Source: an uncultured Coprobacillus sp.
GTDB taxonomy: Bacteria > Bacillota_I > Bacilli_A > ML615J-28 > CAG-698
DNA length: 64,000 nt
Direction of reading: 5' to 3'
Assembly (NCBI GenBank): GCA_964389905.1
Contig: CAYMGD010000006.1
Span: 1,826 to 65,825, forward strand
Shown piece by piece: positions 17,458 to 27,544 of the stretch (positions are counted from its first letter, which is position 1; every line of letters begins with the position of its first letter). Position numbers and translations under genes: made by a program. The notes under the pieces are model-generated. The model was given only the letters and a program-made list of their open reading frames with translations. It did no database searches and was not told the origin of the DNA.

Positions 17458-18375
17458 TTATGTTAAATTAAAATCATTAATAAATTGTTTAAGCATACTA
17501 CTTGCATAAACAAAACTTTGACTACTAACATAATCTTTATCAATTATAATTATTCCTTTAATATAATATAGCATTACAAAGAAACAAAAATAATCAAAAT
17601 AAAAATCATCATTATACTTCATAAAATAGTCAGAGACTATTTCTTTGCGATCTATCTTTACATCTTCTGTCTCCACATAAAACTTTACTAAATCTAAAAT
17701 AGGAATACCTATTTTCCCTTTTTCAACACTTATTAAATAATCTGATTCAGATGAACATAGTAAATGCTCTAATTTAGGATTATTGTGAACAAACGAAAAA
17801 TCCACAGTTTTCTTTACTTTTATGTGTTCAACAATTTTCTTATTTAACTTTCCCATTACTTTCTTGGCATCTAATATATTATGATATTCTTTTAATATTA
17901 AAATACTATACTCATCATAAGGTCTTGCTTCAACAGTTCTTACAAAGGCTTCAATTGCATCAAACTTATATTGTAAATAATTATATATTTCTTCTAACTT
18001 TTTTCGTGATGTTTGAGGAGAAAGTTCTCTTCGAAAAGTTGTATTAATGTGCAATTTGTTTAGTTCTTCGTTTAGCCTATTTGTTTTCGCTTCTTCTCGC
18101 AAATAGTTATTATCAAGATATGGTAAGATATAATACAAACGATTATCGTTTTTAGTTATATAATTATTATTAACATTCTTTAAAGGATAAAGAACATTGC
18201 TAACATTTTGACTATTTAAATAGTTATATTTAGCATCAGTATATAAGTTACTTTCTTTTATTAAATATTTATTTCCATTATTACAAGTAATCTGTATACA
18301 TTTACTTGTTAAATTACGATAACTTGTACCAAGAATATGATATTCTCGCAATACATTTAATATTACATTTCTCAT
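17458..18375 (-). CDS. CotS/YsxE-like kinase-fold protein (APH-like), with catalytic residues apparently substituted
   Basis: The 305-aa protein has a C-terminal block FVHNNPKLEHLL...YLISVEKGKIGIPILDLVKFY. This aligns by eye to the HGDxxxxN ... IDFD ... DL pattern of the CotS/APH family. The gene is translationally coupled (ATGA) to the upstream gene. Confidence 0.45.
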   Translation of the reverse strand: MRNVILNVLREYHILGTSYRNLTSKCIQITCNNGNKYLIKESNLYTDAKYNYLNSQNVSNVLYPLKNVNNNYITKNDNRLYYILPYLDNNYLREEAKTNRLNEELNKLHINTTFRRELSPQTSRKKLEEIYNYLQYKFDAIEAFVRTVEARPYDEYSILILKEYHNILDAKKVMGKLNKKIVEHIKVKKTVDFSFVHNNPKLEHLLCSSESDYLISVEKGKIGIPILDLVKFYVETEDVKIDRKEIVSDYFMKYNDDFYFDYFCFFVMLYYIKGIIIIDKDYVSSQSFVYASSMLKQFINDFNLT

Positions 18376-19142
18376 TTCTTTATTATAATTCTTTTCCTAT
18401 TTTGAAAATCTTTATTTAAATCATTTTCATAAATTTTAGAGATACTAACATTTTCACTTTGGCAAATCTTTTCTATTTCATTTTCTTGTTTTGGATAATA
18501 AACTCTAACCGTATCTTTAACTTCTTTAAGACCTGTTAATACAAGTTTTTTATCATCTTTATTATTTATCTGAACTGTATCATCACGATTTAAAAAGATA
18601 TTATTTAATAATTCATCATATTTTTCTTTTATATCAGTTATCACTTGTTCTGGGGCATTATCTAAAACATCTATATCACTGATATTACTGTCAATACTGA
18701 TAGCATTATCAGTTATAACATTATCAGTGATAGCATTTTCAGTTATTTCCTCAGCCACTAGTTTTGTTTCAATTGGTTCCACAGTTTCTTTTTCTTCTGA
18801 TATTATGTTAGGAATAGATCCTTCACTGATTTTCATTTCATATTGAGCATATATTTCAAAAGAGCATTCTATTCCATTATTTACTATCTCATAGTATTTA
18901 AAATTATCAGTTCTAACTACTTCTATATTATAACTTGCATTTTTAAACATTAATGTAAAGGGAACTTTCTTTGTAAAAGTATCTGTTGTTTCATCTTTTT
19001 TTAAATAAGTCCCAGTAACATTAACTTCACCATTTAGTTCTCCATTACTAAAAGTATAATCGCCAATACTTCCCACTATTTCTTCAACTTTCACATAATC
19101 ATCTAATTCAATTTTTGTTTCACAGCATATTCTTAACTCCAT
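18372..19142 (-). CDS. SpoVID/SipL-like protein: an N-terminal beta-rich domain, an acidic repeat linker and a degenerate LysM-like C-terminus
   Basis: The 256-aa protein has an N-terminal 105 aa resembling the SpoVID N-domain pattern. An acidic ITDN-repeat region follows. The C-terminus VRVYYPKQENEIEKICQSENVSISKIYENDLN...RIIIK is LysM-like. The gene order matches B. subtilis spoVID-ysxE. Confidence 0.4.
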   Translation of the reverse strand: MELRICCETKIELDDYVKVEEIVGSIGDYTFSNGELNGEVNVTGTYLKKDETTDTFTKKVPFTLMFKNASYNIEVVRTDNFKYYEIVNNGIECSFEIYAQYEMKISEGSIPNIISEEKETVEPIETKLVAEEITENAITDNVITDNAISIDSNISDIDVLDNAPEQVITDIKEKYDELLNNIFLNRDDTVQINNKDDKKLVLTGLKEVKDTVRVYYPKQENEIEKICQSENVSISKIYENDLNKDFQNRKRIIIKK

Positions 19143-19177
19143 ATTTTCACCATCCTACCATATTATATTAACAATAT

Positions 19178-19205
19178 AAAAAAAATATGAAGATAAAACT
19201 TCATA
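19178..19205 (-). terminator. Intrinsic terminator after engB
   Basis: TATGAAG-TTTTAT-CTTCATA is followed by T8. Confidence 0.7.
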
Positions 19206-19212
19206 CTTTATA

Positions 19213-19800
19213 TTATAAATACTTTTTGATTATATCTTCAATTTTTTCAAAGCCTGTTTTTTTCTCAGATGATGTAAATATAACTTCTTTTTGTTGTTCT
19301 GCTGATAACTGTAGTTTTGTAAAAACATTTTTCTTGCGTTCGTGAAGTTTTGTTGAGCGAACTTTATCAACTTTCGTAGCAATAATTTTTATATTCACAT
19401 TATGATATTTCATAAACTCATACATTAAGATGTCATCACTAGTTGGACCTACTAGTGTATCAACAAGCAAAAAGGCAACTTTCAAATTATCATTTTCCAG
19501 AAGACATTCTTCTATATATCTCCCATAATCTTCTCGTTCCCCATATGTTCTTGAGGCATAGCCATACCCTGGAGCATCAATCAAATAAAAAGATTTATCA
19601 ATGAAAAAGAAGTTCAAAGTTCTTGTTTTTCCAGGTTTTGATGATGTCTTCGCAAGCATTTTTCTTTTTGTTAGAGCATTAATCAACGAACTTTTTCCAA
19701 CATTAGATCTACCTAAAAAAACAAATTCTGGCAAATTATCTTTGTTTGGATATTGGCTCTTCTTTACAGCACTAATAATATATTCACAAGATTCAAACAT
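19213..19800 (-). CDS. engB: Ribosome biogenesis GTPase EngB (YsxC/YihA)
   Basis: GRSNVGKSSLINAL (G1), DAPGYG (G3) and ATKVDK (G4) are present. Confidence 0.9.
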   Translation of the reverse strand: MFESCEYIISAVKKSQYPNKDNLPEFVFLGRSNVGKSSLINALTKRKMLAKTSSKPGKTRTLNFFFIDKSFYLIDAPGYGYASRTYGEREDYGRYIEECLLENDNLKVAFLLVDTLVGPTSDDILMYEFMKYHNVNIKIIATKVDKVRSTKLHERKKNVFTKLQLSAEQQKEVIFTSSEKKTGFEKIEDIIKKYL

Positions 19801-19819
19801 ATTTGTTCTCCTAAATTAG

Positions 19820-19845
19820 CAAAATAAATCCCTGTAAAACAGGGT
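19820..19845 (-). terminator. Hairpin and U-tract immediately 3' of RNase P RNA
   Basis: CCCTGT-TTTA-CAGGG is followed by ATTTATTTT, about 20 nt before the engB start. Confidence 0.6.
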
Positions 19846-20196
19846 GGATGTATTCTATAAGCCTTGTTCTGTACATTAAAACTAATGTGGTAATCATTTA
19901 TCTCTAATTAAAAATTAGCCCTCAATAAAGGTTCATTTTCCTTTTGAGGATTCCCCTACCATAATTTGGGTTTCTAGCTTATGGGGTTTACCGCGTTTCA
20001 CCCTTCAAGTTTCCTCGAAGAATCGTCTCTGTGGCACGTTATAAATAATTATCCATTTAACAGGATAATTATTAGCCATCACATTCCAAGTGTTCCATTT
20101 TATTAATTATATATGGACATAATCACTACCGCCATCTCAGCAGGTGCTAGCAAGGACTTTCCTAACATTTTTCAATGCTCGATTACCCGAATACAT
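19846..20196 (-). ncRNA. rnpB: RNase P RNA, bacterial type B
   Basis: On the minus strand the RNA reads ATGTATTCGGGTAATCG...GTTAGGAAAGTCCTTGCTAGCACCTGCTGAGATGGCGGTAGTG... It also contains AGGGTGAAACGCGGTAAACCCC and GTACAGAACAAGGCTTATAGAATACAT. The P1 helix pairs ATGTATTC with GAATACAT. The ends are accurate to about 5 nt. Confidence 0.9.
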
Positions 20197-20263
20197 AAAT
20201 ATTTTACCATATTTTTTTAATTTTTTAAAGTGTTTTTTAAATATAAAAAGGCCTTTTACAGCC

Positions 20264-22474
20264 TTATTCATTATCTTCTGATTTTTTATCAGATTTTTTA
20301 TCTTTTTTTACTCTTTCTTTACGTTCTTTCTTTTCTCTTTTTTCACCACTATTTTTCTTTTTATCTTCTTTCTTGCTTTCATAAGCTTCTTTTGTTGAAA
20401 GGTTAACTCTGCCTTTATCATCGATATCAGTAACTAAAACCATAATTTCATCACCTATTGCAAGAGCGTCTTCAACTTTATCAATTTTTGAAGCAGAAAT
20501 TTTTGAAATATGAAGTAATCCTTCACATCCATCCCATAGCTCAACAAATGCTCCAAATTTTTCGATACGTGATACTTTTCCTAAATAGTATTTACCAGCT
20601 TCAGGAACACGAACAATACTTAATATCTTTTCTTGAGCTTTCTTTATCCATTCTTCATTTGAATGCATTATATAAACTCTACCATCTTGTTCAATATCAA
20701 TCTTAACATTATCACAATTATTGATTATATCAGTTATAACTTTACCACCAGAACCAATTACATCACGAATCTTATCTGGATCAATTCTAAACATTATAAC
20801 TTTTGGTGCATAAGGACTTAAATGATCACGATATGTAGGAATAGTATTAAGCATATGACCTAAGATTGTCATTCTTCCTTCTTTAGCTTGGGCTAAAGCT
20901 TCTTTAAGAATCTTTTCATTGATTCCTTCAATCTTAATATCCATTTGCAAAGCGGTAATACCATTTCTTGTACCAGCTACTTTAAAGTCCATATCACCAT
21001 AATGGTCTTCCATACCTTGGATATCAGTTAGAATAGTATATTTATCGCCATCACTAATTAATCCCATAGCAATACCAGCAACAGGAGCTTTAATAGGAAC
21101 ACCAGCTGCCATAAGTGCCATTGTACCAGCACATATTGATGCTTGTGATGATGAACCATTTGATTCTAAGATTTCACTTACAACTCTAATTGTATAAGGA
21201 AATTCATCTTCGCTTGGAATAACTTGAAGAATTGCTCTTTCACCTAAAGCACCATGACCGATTTCGCGACGTCCTGGTGAACCATATCTTCCAATTTCAC
21301 CTACACTATAAGCAGGGAAATTGTAGTGAAGCATAAATCTTTTACCTTCTTCTTCACCTAAACCATCAATGATTTGAAATTCATTTAGTGAACCTAAGGT
21401 AACAACGCTAAGAGCTTGTGTTTGACCACGAGTAAATAGTGCTGAGCCATGAGTTCTTTCAAAAATATCAACACGTGATGATAATGGTCTAATTTCATTA
21501 ATTTTTCTTCCATCAGGTCTTACTTTATCTTCTGTTATTAGACGGCGAACTTCTGTTGCAACAATTAGTTCTAATAGCTCTTTAACATAGCCAATTTTTT
21601 CTTCAAGATCTTCATCTTGTTTCCATTTTTCTGTTAAAGTTTCAATTGTATTTTCATCAATTTCATCAATTTTAGCATAACGAGCAAGTTTATCTTCAAT
21701 TACAATTGCATCCTTAAGAGGTTGTTCAGCCATATCACGAACAAGTTTATCAATTTCTTCAGGAATTTTGTGAAGTTCAACTTCCACTTTTTCTTTACCA
21801 ATTTCTTTAGCAATTTCTTCTTGGAATGCACAAAGTTTTTTAATCTCTTGGTGACCAAACATTAAGGCATCAAGCATATCATCTTCTGATACTTCTTTTG
21901 CACCAGCTTCAACCATATTGATAGCATCTTTTGTTCCTGCTAAAATTAAATTAATATCTGATTCTTCTAACTCTTTAACAGTTGGATTAATAACAAATTT
22001 ACCATTAACACGTCCAACAACAACACCAGCAATTGGGCCATGGAAAGGAATATCTGATATAGTTAAAGAAAGTGATGCTCCTAACATTGCTGCCATTTGA
22101 CTAGAATTATCAGGATTTGAGCACATAACAGTGTTTATAACTTGGACTTCGTTTCTAAATCCTTCAGGGAATAATGGTCTTAAAGGACGGTCAATCAATC
22201 TAGATGTTAAAGTTTCAAATTCACTTGGGCGGCCTTCACGTTTCAAGAATCCACCAGGAATTTTACCAGCAGCATATAGTTTTTCTTGGTATAAAACAGT
22301 TAAAGGAAAGAAATCACCTGTTCCTTTCTTTGTACTGAATACACAAGCTGATAAAACTGCTGTATCATCAAATCTTACCAAGACAGAGCCATTGGCTTGC
22401 TTTGCTAATTCTCCAATCTCGCAAACAAACTTACGACTACCTTGGACATATTCGTATACTTTTTTTTCACTCAT
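20264..22474 (-). CDS. pnp: Polyribonucleotide nucleotidyltransferase (PNPase) with a Lys/Glu-rich C-terminal tail
   Basis: The 736-aa protein has two RNase PH domains, KH and S1 domains, and a tail [36 protein letters not shown]. Confidence 0.95.
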   Translation of the reverse strand: MSEKKVYEYVQGSRKFVCEIGELAKQANGSVLVRFDDTAVLSACVFSTKKGTGDFFPLTVLYQEKLYAAGKIPGGFLKREGRPSEFETLTSRLIDRPLRPLFPEGFRNEVQVINTVMCSNPDNSSQMAAMLGASLSLTISDIPFHGPIAGVVVGRVNGKFVINPTVKELEESDINLILAGTKDAINMVEAGAKEVSEDDMLDALMFGHQEIKKLCAFQEEIAKEIGKEKVEVELHKIPEEIDKLVRDMAEQPLKDAIVIEDKLARYAKIDEIDENTIETLTEKWKQDEDLEEKIGYVKELLELIVATEVRRLITEDKVRPDGRKINEIRPLSSRVDIFERTHGSALFTRGQTQALSVVTLGSLNEFQIIDGLGEEEGKRFMLHYNFPAYSVGEIGRYGSPGRREIGHGALGERAILQVIPSEDEFPYTIRVVSEILESNGSSSQASICAGTMALMAAGVPIKAPVAGIAMGLISDGDKYTILTDIQGMEDHYGDMDFKVAGTRNGITALQMDIKIEGINEKILKEALAQAKEGRMTILGHMLNTIPTYRDHLSPYAPKVIMFRIDPDKIRDVIGSGGKVITDIINNCDNVKIDIEQDGRVYIMHSNEEWIKKAQEKILSIVRVPEAGKYYLGKVSRIEKFGAFVELWDGCEGLLHISKISASKIDKVEDALAIGDEIMVLVTDIDDKGRVNLSTKEAYESKKEDKKKNSGEKREKKERKERVKKDKKSDKKSEDNE

Positions 22475-22534
22475 TTATTTTTCTCCTAATAAAATAATTT
22501 ATTATTAAAAAGGGTAATCGCTTACCCATTTCTT

Positions 22535-22807
22535 TTATTTTCTTAAATTTAATGCTTTAACAAGTTCACGATAAGAAGCAACGTCTTTATTACGTAAATA
22601 AGTTAATAAATTACGACGATGACCAACTTTTCTTAATAGTCCACGACGTGAATGGAAATCATGTTTGTTTACAGAAAGATGTTCATTCAAACGATTAATC
22701 TCAGCTGTAAGAATAGCGATTTGAACCTCAACAGATCCTGAATCAGCTTCATTTTTTCCAAATTGTGCTACTAATTGTGCTTTTTGTTCTTTTGAAATAC
22801 AAGACAT
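22535..22807 (-). CDS. rpsO: 30S ribosomal protein S15
   Basis: The 90-aa protein contains [23 protein letters not shown] and HSRRGLL. Confidence 0.95.
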   Translation of the reverse strand: MSCISKEQKAQLVAQFGKNEADSGSVEVQIAILTAEINRLNEHLSVNKHDFHSRRGLLRKVGHRRNLLTYLRNKDVASYRELVKALNLRK

Positions 22808-22891
22808 TTTAAAATCCTCCTAAATATAATTTTCACCTAAAACATAGAAATGCGTTGGAGATTCACATTTCAAAGCCATAGGAACGTTATT

Positions 22892-22920
22892 ATTATACCA
22901 CTTTTATATATAAAATACAA
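22892..22920 (-). promoter_or_regulatory. rpsO promoter (TTGTAT-N17-TGGTATAAT, extended -10), followed by a 5' UTR of about 85 nt
   Basis: The -35 is at 22915-22920 and the -10 at 22892-22897. Confidence 0.55.
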
Positions 22921-22945
22921 TAAAAATTTTTGTTATTTTTTTCGA

Positions 22946-22974
22946 TAAAAAAGTACCCACAAAATGTAAGTACT
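22946..22974 (-). terminator. Intrinsic terminator after pckA
   Basis: AGTACTTAC-ATTTT-GTGGGTACT (with two G-U pairs) is followed by T6. Confidence 0.65.
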
Positions 22975-22983
22975 AATTATAAA

Positions 22984-24591
22984 CTATTTTACTTTTGGTC
23001 CAGCTTTAACTAAAGCTTTACCAGCAGGATTTCCTTCATATTTCGCAAAATTCTTAACGAATCTTCCAGCTAAATCAATTGCTTTTTCTTCCCATTGTTT
23101 TGGATCAGCATATGTATCACGAGGGTCTAAAATCTTCGGATCAACACCATTTAAAGCTGTTGGAACTTCAAAGTTGAAGTAAGGAATTTGTTTTGTTGGA
23201 GCGTTTAGAATATCGCCGTTAAGAATAGCATCAATAATTCCACGCGTATCACGAATAGAAATACGTTTGCCAGTTCCATTCCAACCAGTGTTAACCAAGT
23301 AAGCTTTAGCTCCACTCTTTTCCATTTTCTTAACTAATTCTTCAGCATATTTTGTTGGATGTAATTCTAAGAATGCTTGTCCGAAACATGCAGAGAATGT
23401 TGGAGTTGGTTCAGTAATACCTCTTTCAGTACCAGCAAGTTTTGCTGTGAAACCTGATAAGAAATAGTATTGAGTTTGTTCTGGTGTTAAGATTGATACT
23501 GGAGGAAGTACTCCGAAAGCATCAGCTGATAAGAAGATTACATTTTTAGCAGCTGGAGCTGAAGAGATTGGACGAACAATCTTTTCAATATGATTAATTG
23601 GATAAGAAACACGTGTGTTTTCAGTTACGCTCTTATCAGCAAAATCAATCTTGCCATCTTTATCTAATGTAACATTTTCTAATAAAGCATTACGTTTAAT
23701 AGCGTTATAGATATCAGGTTCTGAATCTTTATCTAAGTTAATAACTTTAGCATAGCAACCACCTTCGAAGTTGAATACACCATTGTCATCCCAGCCATGT
23801 TCATCATCACCAATTAGTAAACGTTTTGGATCAGTTGATAAAGTTGTTTTTCCTGTTCCTGATAAACCAAAGAATATTGCTGTATTCTTTCCTTCCATAT
23901 CAGTATTTGCTGAACAGTGCATTGAAGCGATTCCTTTTAATGGAAGATAGTAGTTCATCATCGAGAACATACCTTTCTTCATTTCTCCACCATACCATGT
24001 ATTAATGATAACTTGTTCGCGGCTTGTAATGTTGAACATAACACAAGTTTCAGAATTTAATCCTAATTCTTTATAGTTTTCAACTTTAGCTTTTGAAGCA
24101 TTGTATACTACAAAATCAGGTTCAAATTCTTCAAGTTCTTCAGCTGTTGGTTGAATAAACATATTTTTGATAAAATGTGCTTGCCATGCCACTTCAACAA
24201 TGAAACGAACTGCCATACGAGTGTCTTTGTTTGCTCCACAAAATGCATCAACAACAAATAATCTCTTATTTGATAATTCATTAATAGCAATATTTTTTAC
24301 AGCTTCCCATGTAGAAACAGATGCTGGATGATTATCATTTTTATATTCATCAGAAGTCCACCATACAGTGTTCTTTGAATTTTCATCAACAACAATGTAT
24401 TTATCCTTAGGAGAACGTCCTGTATAAATACCAGTCATTACATTAACTGCTCCTAATTCGCTTTCTTGACCTTTTTCATAGCCAACAAGTTCTGGTTTAG
24501 TTTCTTCTTCATATAACATTTCATATGAAGGATTGTAAACTATTTCAGTTGCACCATTGATACCATATTTTGATAAATCGATTTTTTTCAT
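22984..24591 (-). CDS. pckA: Phosphoenolpyruvate carboxykinase (ATP)
   Basis: The 535-aa protein contains [13 protein letters not shown] and IGDDEHGW. Confidence 0.95.
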   Translation of the reverse strand: MKKIDLSKYGINGATEIVYNPSYEMLYEEETKPELVGYEKGQESELGAVNVMTGIYTGRSPKDKYIVVDENSKNTVWWTSDEYKNDNHPASVSTWEAVKNIAINELSNKRLFVVDAFCGANKDTRMAVRFIVEVAWQAHFIKNMFIQPTAEELEEFEPDFVVYNASKAKVENYKELGLNSETCVMFNITSREQVIINTWYGGEMKKGMFSMMNYYLPLKGIASMHCSANTDMEGKNTAIFFGLSGTGKTTLSTDPKRLLIGDDEHGWDDNGVFNFEGGCYAKVINLDKDSEPDIYNAIKRNALLENVTLDKDGKIDFADKSVTENTRVSYPINHIEKIVRPISSAPAAKNVIFLSADAFGVLPPVSILTPEQTQYYFLSGFTAKLAGTERGITEPTPTFSACFGQAFLELHPTKYAEELVKKMEKSGAKAYLVNTGWNGTGKRISIRDTRGIIDAILNGDILNAPTKQIPYFNFEVPTALNGVDPKILDPRDTYADPKQWEEKAIDLAGRFVKNFAKYEGNPAGKALVKAGPKVK

Positions 24592-24645
24592 TTTAAATTT
24601 TCCTCCTCAAAGAAATTAATATCTAGTATCTCATTTTATATAATA

Positions 24646-24674
24646 ATTATAGCAAAAATATAGTTTTTTATCAA
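24646..24674 (-). promoter_or_regulatory. pckA promoter (TTGATA-N17-TGCTATAAT)
   Basis: The -35 is at 24669-24674 and the -10 at 24646-24651. Confidence 0.55.
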
Positions 24675-24742
24675 GTGTAATGTTTCAAAATTTATTTTGA
24701 AAACGATACACATTTATTAAATATGTAGTATATATATTTATA

Positions 24743-26455
24743 TTACATTTCTTCTAAGCATTTAATGCCTAATATATTCATACAAGTACCTAAAGTATTT
24801 AAAACGGCATTAACTAAAGCTATACGGCATTTCTTCTTTTCAATATTTTCTTCATACAAAATACTTGCGTCATGATATAGTGATGAAAACTCTTTAGCAA
24901 GACTAAAAGCAAAATTAGCAATTATATGAGGACTTTTTTCTTTAACCGCATGACTGATTACACTTGGGAAAGAGTATAAAGTACTAATTAGTTCTCCTTC
25001 AATTGGAAGTTCCATAGCACTATAATCAAATTCACTATAGTCATTTATATCATATACTTCACCACTAGCTTGTAATTTTCTAAAAATAGATGAAATACGA
25101 GCATATGTATATTGAAGATATGGACCAGAGCATCCTTCAAAAGTCAAAGCCGAATCCCAATCAAATATTACATTTTTATCATTAGAAGTTTTTTGAATAG
25201 AATATTTTACAGCTCCGTAAGCAATATCAGCTGCTAACTGTTCGTTTCTTTCACGATTGTTACGAGTAAAACTTTCCATAACTTTCTCTGTAGCTATTTT
25301 CATAAAATCTTCAAGTAATACCACTGTCCCATTACGAGTTGACATACTTCCTTCTTGGAGCATAACAAATGAGTAATGGATAACTTCTGGAACTTGATAA
25401 CCAAGTTCTCCAACAATAGTTTTTATTTGTTCGAAATAAAGTTTTTGGTCTTCTCCTAAAACTAAAATGTTCTTGTCAGCGCCTTGCGAGCCCTTCCATA
25501 TTGTATAACAAATATCTCTTAATGGATATAAAGATGTTTTATCGCCTCTTGTTATAACTAAAGGTGTTAATTTCTTATATTTATCAAACATCACTACAAG
25601 ACGTCCATCTTCATCTTCTTCTAAGTGCAAGCCTGCGTTAGGATTATCACTTAAAGCTTTTATTTCTTGTAAAACTTTGTCAACATTATGACTGAAAATG
25701 AATTCTGATTCATAATCAAATGAATCATAGAAGACACCTAATTTATTAAAAATAGCAACTTGTCCTTTTATACATGTATCAACTATTTTCCTAAATTTTG
25801 CTTTCACTTCTTCATCATTATTTTCAAGTTTAAAAAGTAATTCAAATACTTCTTTTTCCACTTCTGGTTTTTCTTTAACTAAAGCATTTGTTTTTACATA
25901 TAAATCTAATAAATCTTCAAACTTTACATCTTCTTTTCCTAAAGCACCATAAACAAGCATAGAAATTTGTTTACCTATATCATTTACAAAATAATGGACA
26001 TCCACATCATAACCTTCAAATTGCATTAATTTAGAATAAAAATCACCAACAATTGCATTTCTACTTCTACCAATGTGAGGAGATGCGTTAGGGTTAATAC
26101 TTGTGTGTTCGATTAAACATCTTTTACCATCTCCAAAGTGAGATGAACCATATTTTTTATCAGTAATTGCGGAAAGAATAATTGATTTGTAGTATGTATT
26201 TTTATCAAGAAAGAAATTCAAATATCCTCCAACATTTTGAGCTTTAATTACAAAAGTTGGAAATGCAATTTCCGAAAGTCTCAAAGCTATATCAACAGGA
26301 CTTTTATGTAGTTCTTTGGCAAATGTAAAACAAGGAAGAGCAATATCTCCATATTCACTGTTTTTAGGAAGTTCAAACAAAGAACTTAAATTAGCTTCAA
26401 TTTGTAATTCGCTTGTTATACAATCTGCTATTTGTTTTTTTATATCAATATTCAT
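24743..26455 (-). CDS. argS: Arginine--tRNA ligase
   Basis: The 570-aa protein has NPNASPHIGRSRN (HIGH region) and an anticodon-binding C-terminus. Confidence 0.95.
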   Translation of the reverse strand: MNIDIKKQIADCITSELQIEANLSSLFELPKNSEYGDIALPCFTFAKELHKSPVDIALRLSEIAFPTFVIKAQNVGGYLNFFLDKNTYYKSIILSAITDKKYGSSHFGDGKRCLIEHTSINPNASPHIGRSRNAIVGDFYSKLMQFEGYDVDVHYFVNDIGKQISMLVYGALGKEDVKFEDLLDLYVKTNALVKEKPEVEKEVFELLFKLENNDEEVKAKFRKIVDTCIKGQVAIFNKLGVFYDSFDYESEFIFSHNVDKVLQEIKALSDNPNAGLHLEEDEDGRLVVMFDKYKKLTPLVITRGDKTSLYPLRDICYTIWKGSQGADKNILVLGEDQKLYFEQIKTIVGELGYQVPEVIHYSFVMLQEGSMSTRNGTVVLLEDFMKIATEKVMESFTRNNRERNEQLAADIAYGAVKYSIQKTSNDKNVIFDWDSALTFEGCSGPYLQYTYARISSIFRKLQASGEVYDINDYSEFDYSAMELPIEGELISTLYSFPSVISHAVKEKSPHIIANFAFSLAKEFSSLYHDASILYEENIEKKKCRIALVNAVLNTLGTCMNILGIKCLEEM

Positions 26456-26481
26456 ATTTATGTTTTCCTTTACTTATTTTT

Positions 26482-26766
26482 TTAGTTAAAACCTAATTTT
26501 TTTATGATTATCAAAGCAACTACAATATGTAGTGCTAAAGATAACACATTGACAGCTGTAAAATACCAATGTTCAGCTTTTGTTTTATGCCTTAAAGTAT
26601 ACATTCCTATTAAACCACCCAAAGCGCCAAAGAGGAATGAATGAAGTAATAATCTTTTTTCACTGATTCTTCTTTTTCCCTTGATTGCTCTTTTTTTATC
26701 AATTGCATAAAGAGTAAAAGTAATGATACTCATAACAAGAATTATTATACCATATATATAAATCAT
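26482..26766 (-). CDS. DUF1294 family membrane protein
   Basis: YAIDKKRAIKGKRRISEKRLL...GGLIGMYTLRHKT is present. Confidence 0.8.
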   Translation of the reverse strand: MIYIYGIIILVMSIITFTLYAIDKKRAIKGKRRISEKRLLLHSFLFGALGGLIGMYTLRHKTKAEHWYFTAVNVLSLALHIVVALIIIKKLGFN

Positions 26767-26828
26767 TCATATCACCTGTTATACTAATAATTTTCTAAAT
26801 TAATATTCTTTCTAAAGTAATATTCTTT

Positions 26829-27503
26829 TTAAAGTAATATTTTTTCTAGAGCATTGCAAACTTTCTCACAAGCTATTTTGTTATAATCTATATATTTTTC
26901 AACTTGATTATCATCACCAACAAGGTCACTGATTGCTCTTATTCCAACAAATGCCACGTTAAAAATATAAGCGCATTGGGCAAAGGCAGTTGACTCCATA
27001 TCTACACACAAAATTTTATCTTCAGCAAATTTTTTTTGAAGTTCTTCTATGCGTTCTTTAGAAGTCATAAAAGTATCGCCAGTTAAAATTAATCCTGTTT
27101 TACCAATATCTTTAATTTTAGCAATTGTTTTTTCATCACCGATATAATATTTAGGCATATTAGGAACTTGTCCAAATGACTCACCAAAAACTGTTGTATC
27201 AACGTCAGAATATGCTAGTTTTGAAGATATCACTATATCTCCCTTGTTAACGTTACCTATTACCCCACCACTAATTCCTATATTAATTATCAAATCAATA
27301 TCAGGAAATAAATTATATATAAGTGTAGTAATAATTCCCGTATTTACTTTGCCAATTCCTCCACTAGTAATAATTATATCAACATTATTATATTTTCCCT
27401 CACGAAAAGTAAAACCATTATGGGTTATTTCATGTAAATCTTTTATTTTTTTTATAAAAGGATCTATTTCCTTTTGCATAGCACTAATTATGGCAACTTT
27501 CAT
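26829..27503 (-). CDS. mtnN: 5'-methylthioadenosine/S-adenosylhomocysteine nucleosidase
   Basis: The 224-aa protein has MKVAIISAMQKEI, GIGKVN and VDMESTA. Confidence 0.9.
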   Translation of the reverse strand: MKVAIISAMQKEIDPFIKKIKDLHEITHNGFTFREGKYNNVDIIITSGGIGKVNTGIITTLIYNLFPDIDLIINIGISGGVIGNVNKGDIVISSKLAYSDVDTTVFGESFGQVPNMPKYYIGDEKTIAKIKDIGKTGLILTGDTFMTSKERIEELQKKFAEDKILCVDMESTAFAQCAYIFNVAFVGIRAISDLVGDDNQVEKYIDYNKIACEKVCNALEKILL

Positions 27504-27544
27504 TTTGTGTCCTTTCTATATAAGAATATTAATAAATAAGAATA

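Noticed and set aside
22808-22891. An S15 autoregulatory leader structure upstream of rpsO.
   Set aside because: A 5' UTR of about 85 nt exists, but I could not identify a convincing pseudoknot or three-way-junction mimic by eye. I note it only under the promoter feature.
24108-24290. A 60-aa ORF inside pckA.
   Set aside because: It is an alternative frame of a very well supported gene.
24690-24725. A cre (CcpA) site or palindrome upstream of pckA (TGTATCGTTTTCA and TTTCAAAAT-AA-ATTTTGAAA).
   Set aside because: The cre-like sequence matches only one half-site, and the register is off by one. The palindrome lies upstream of the -35, is AT-only, and could be chance in this composition.
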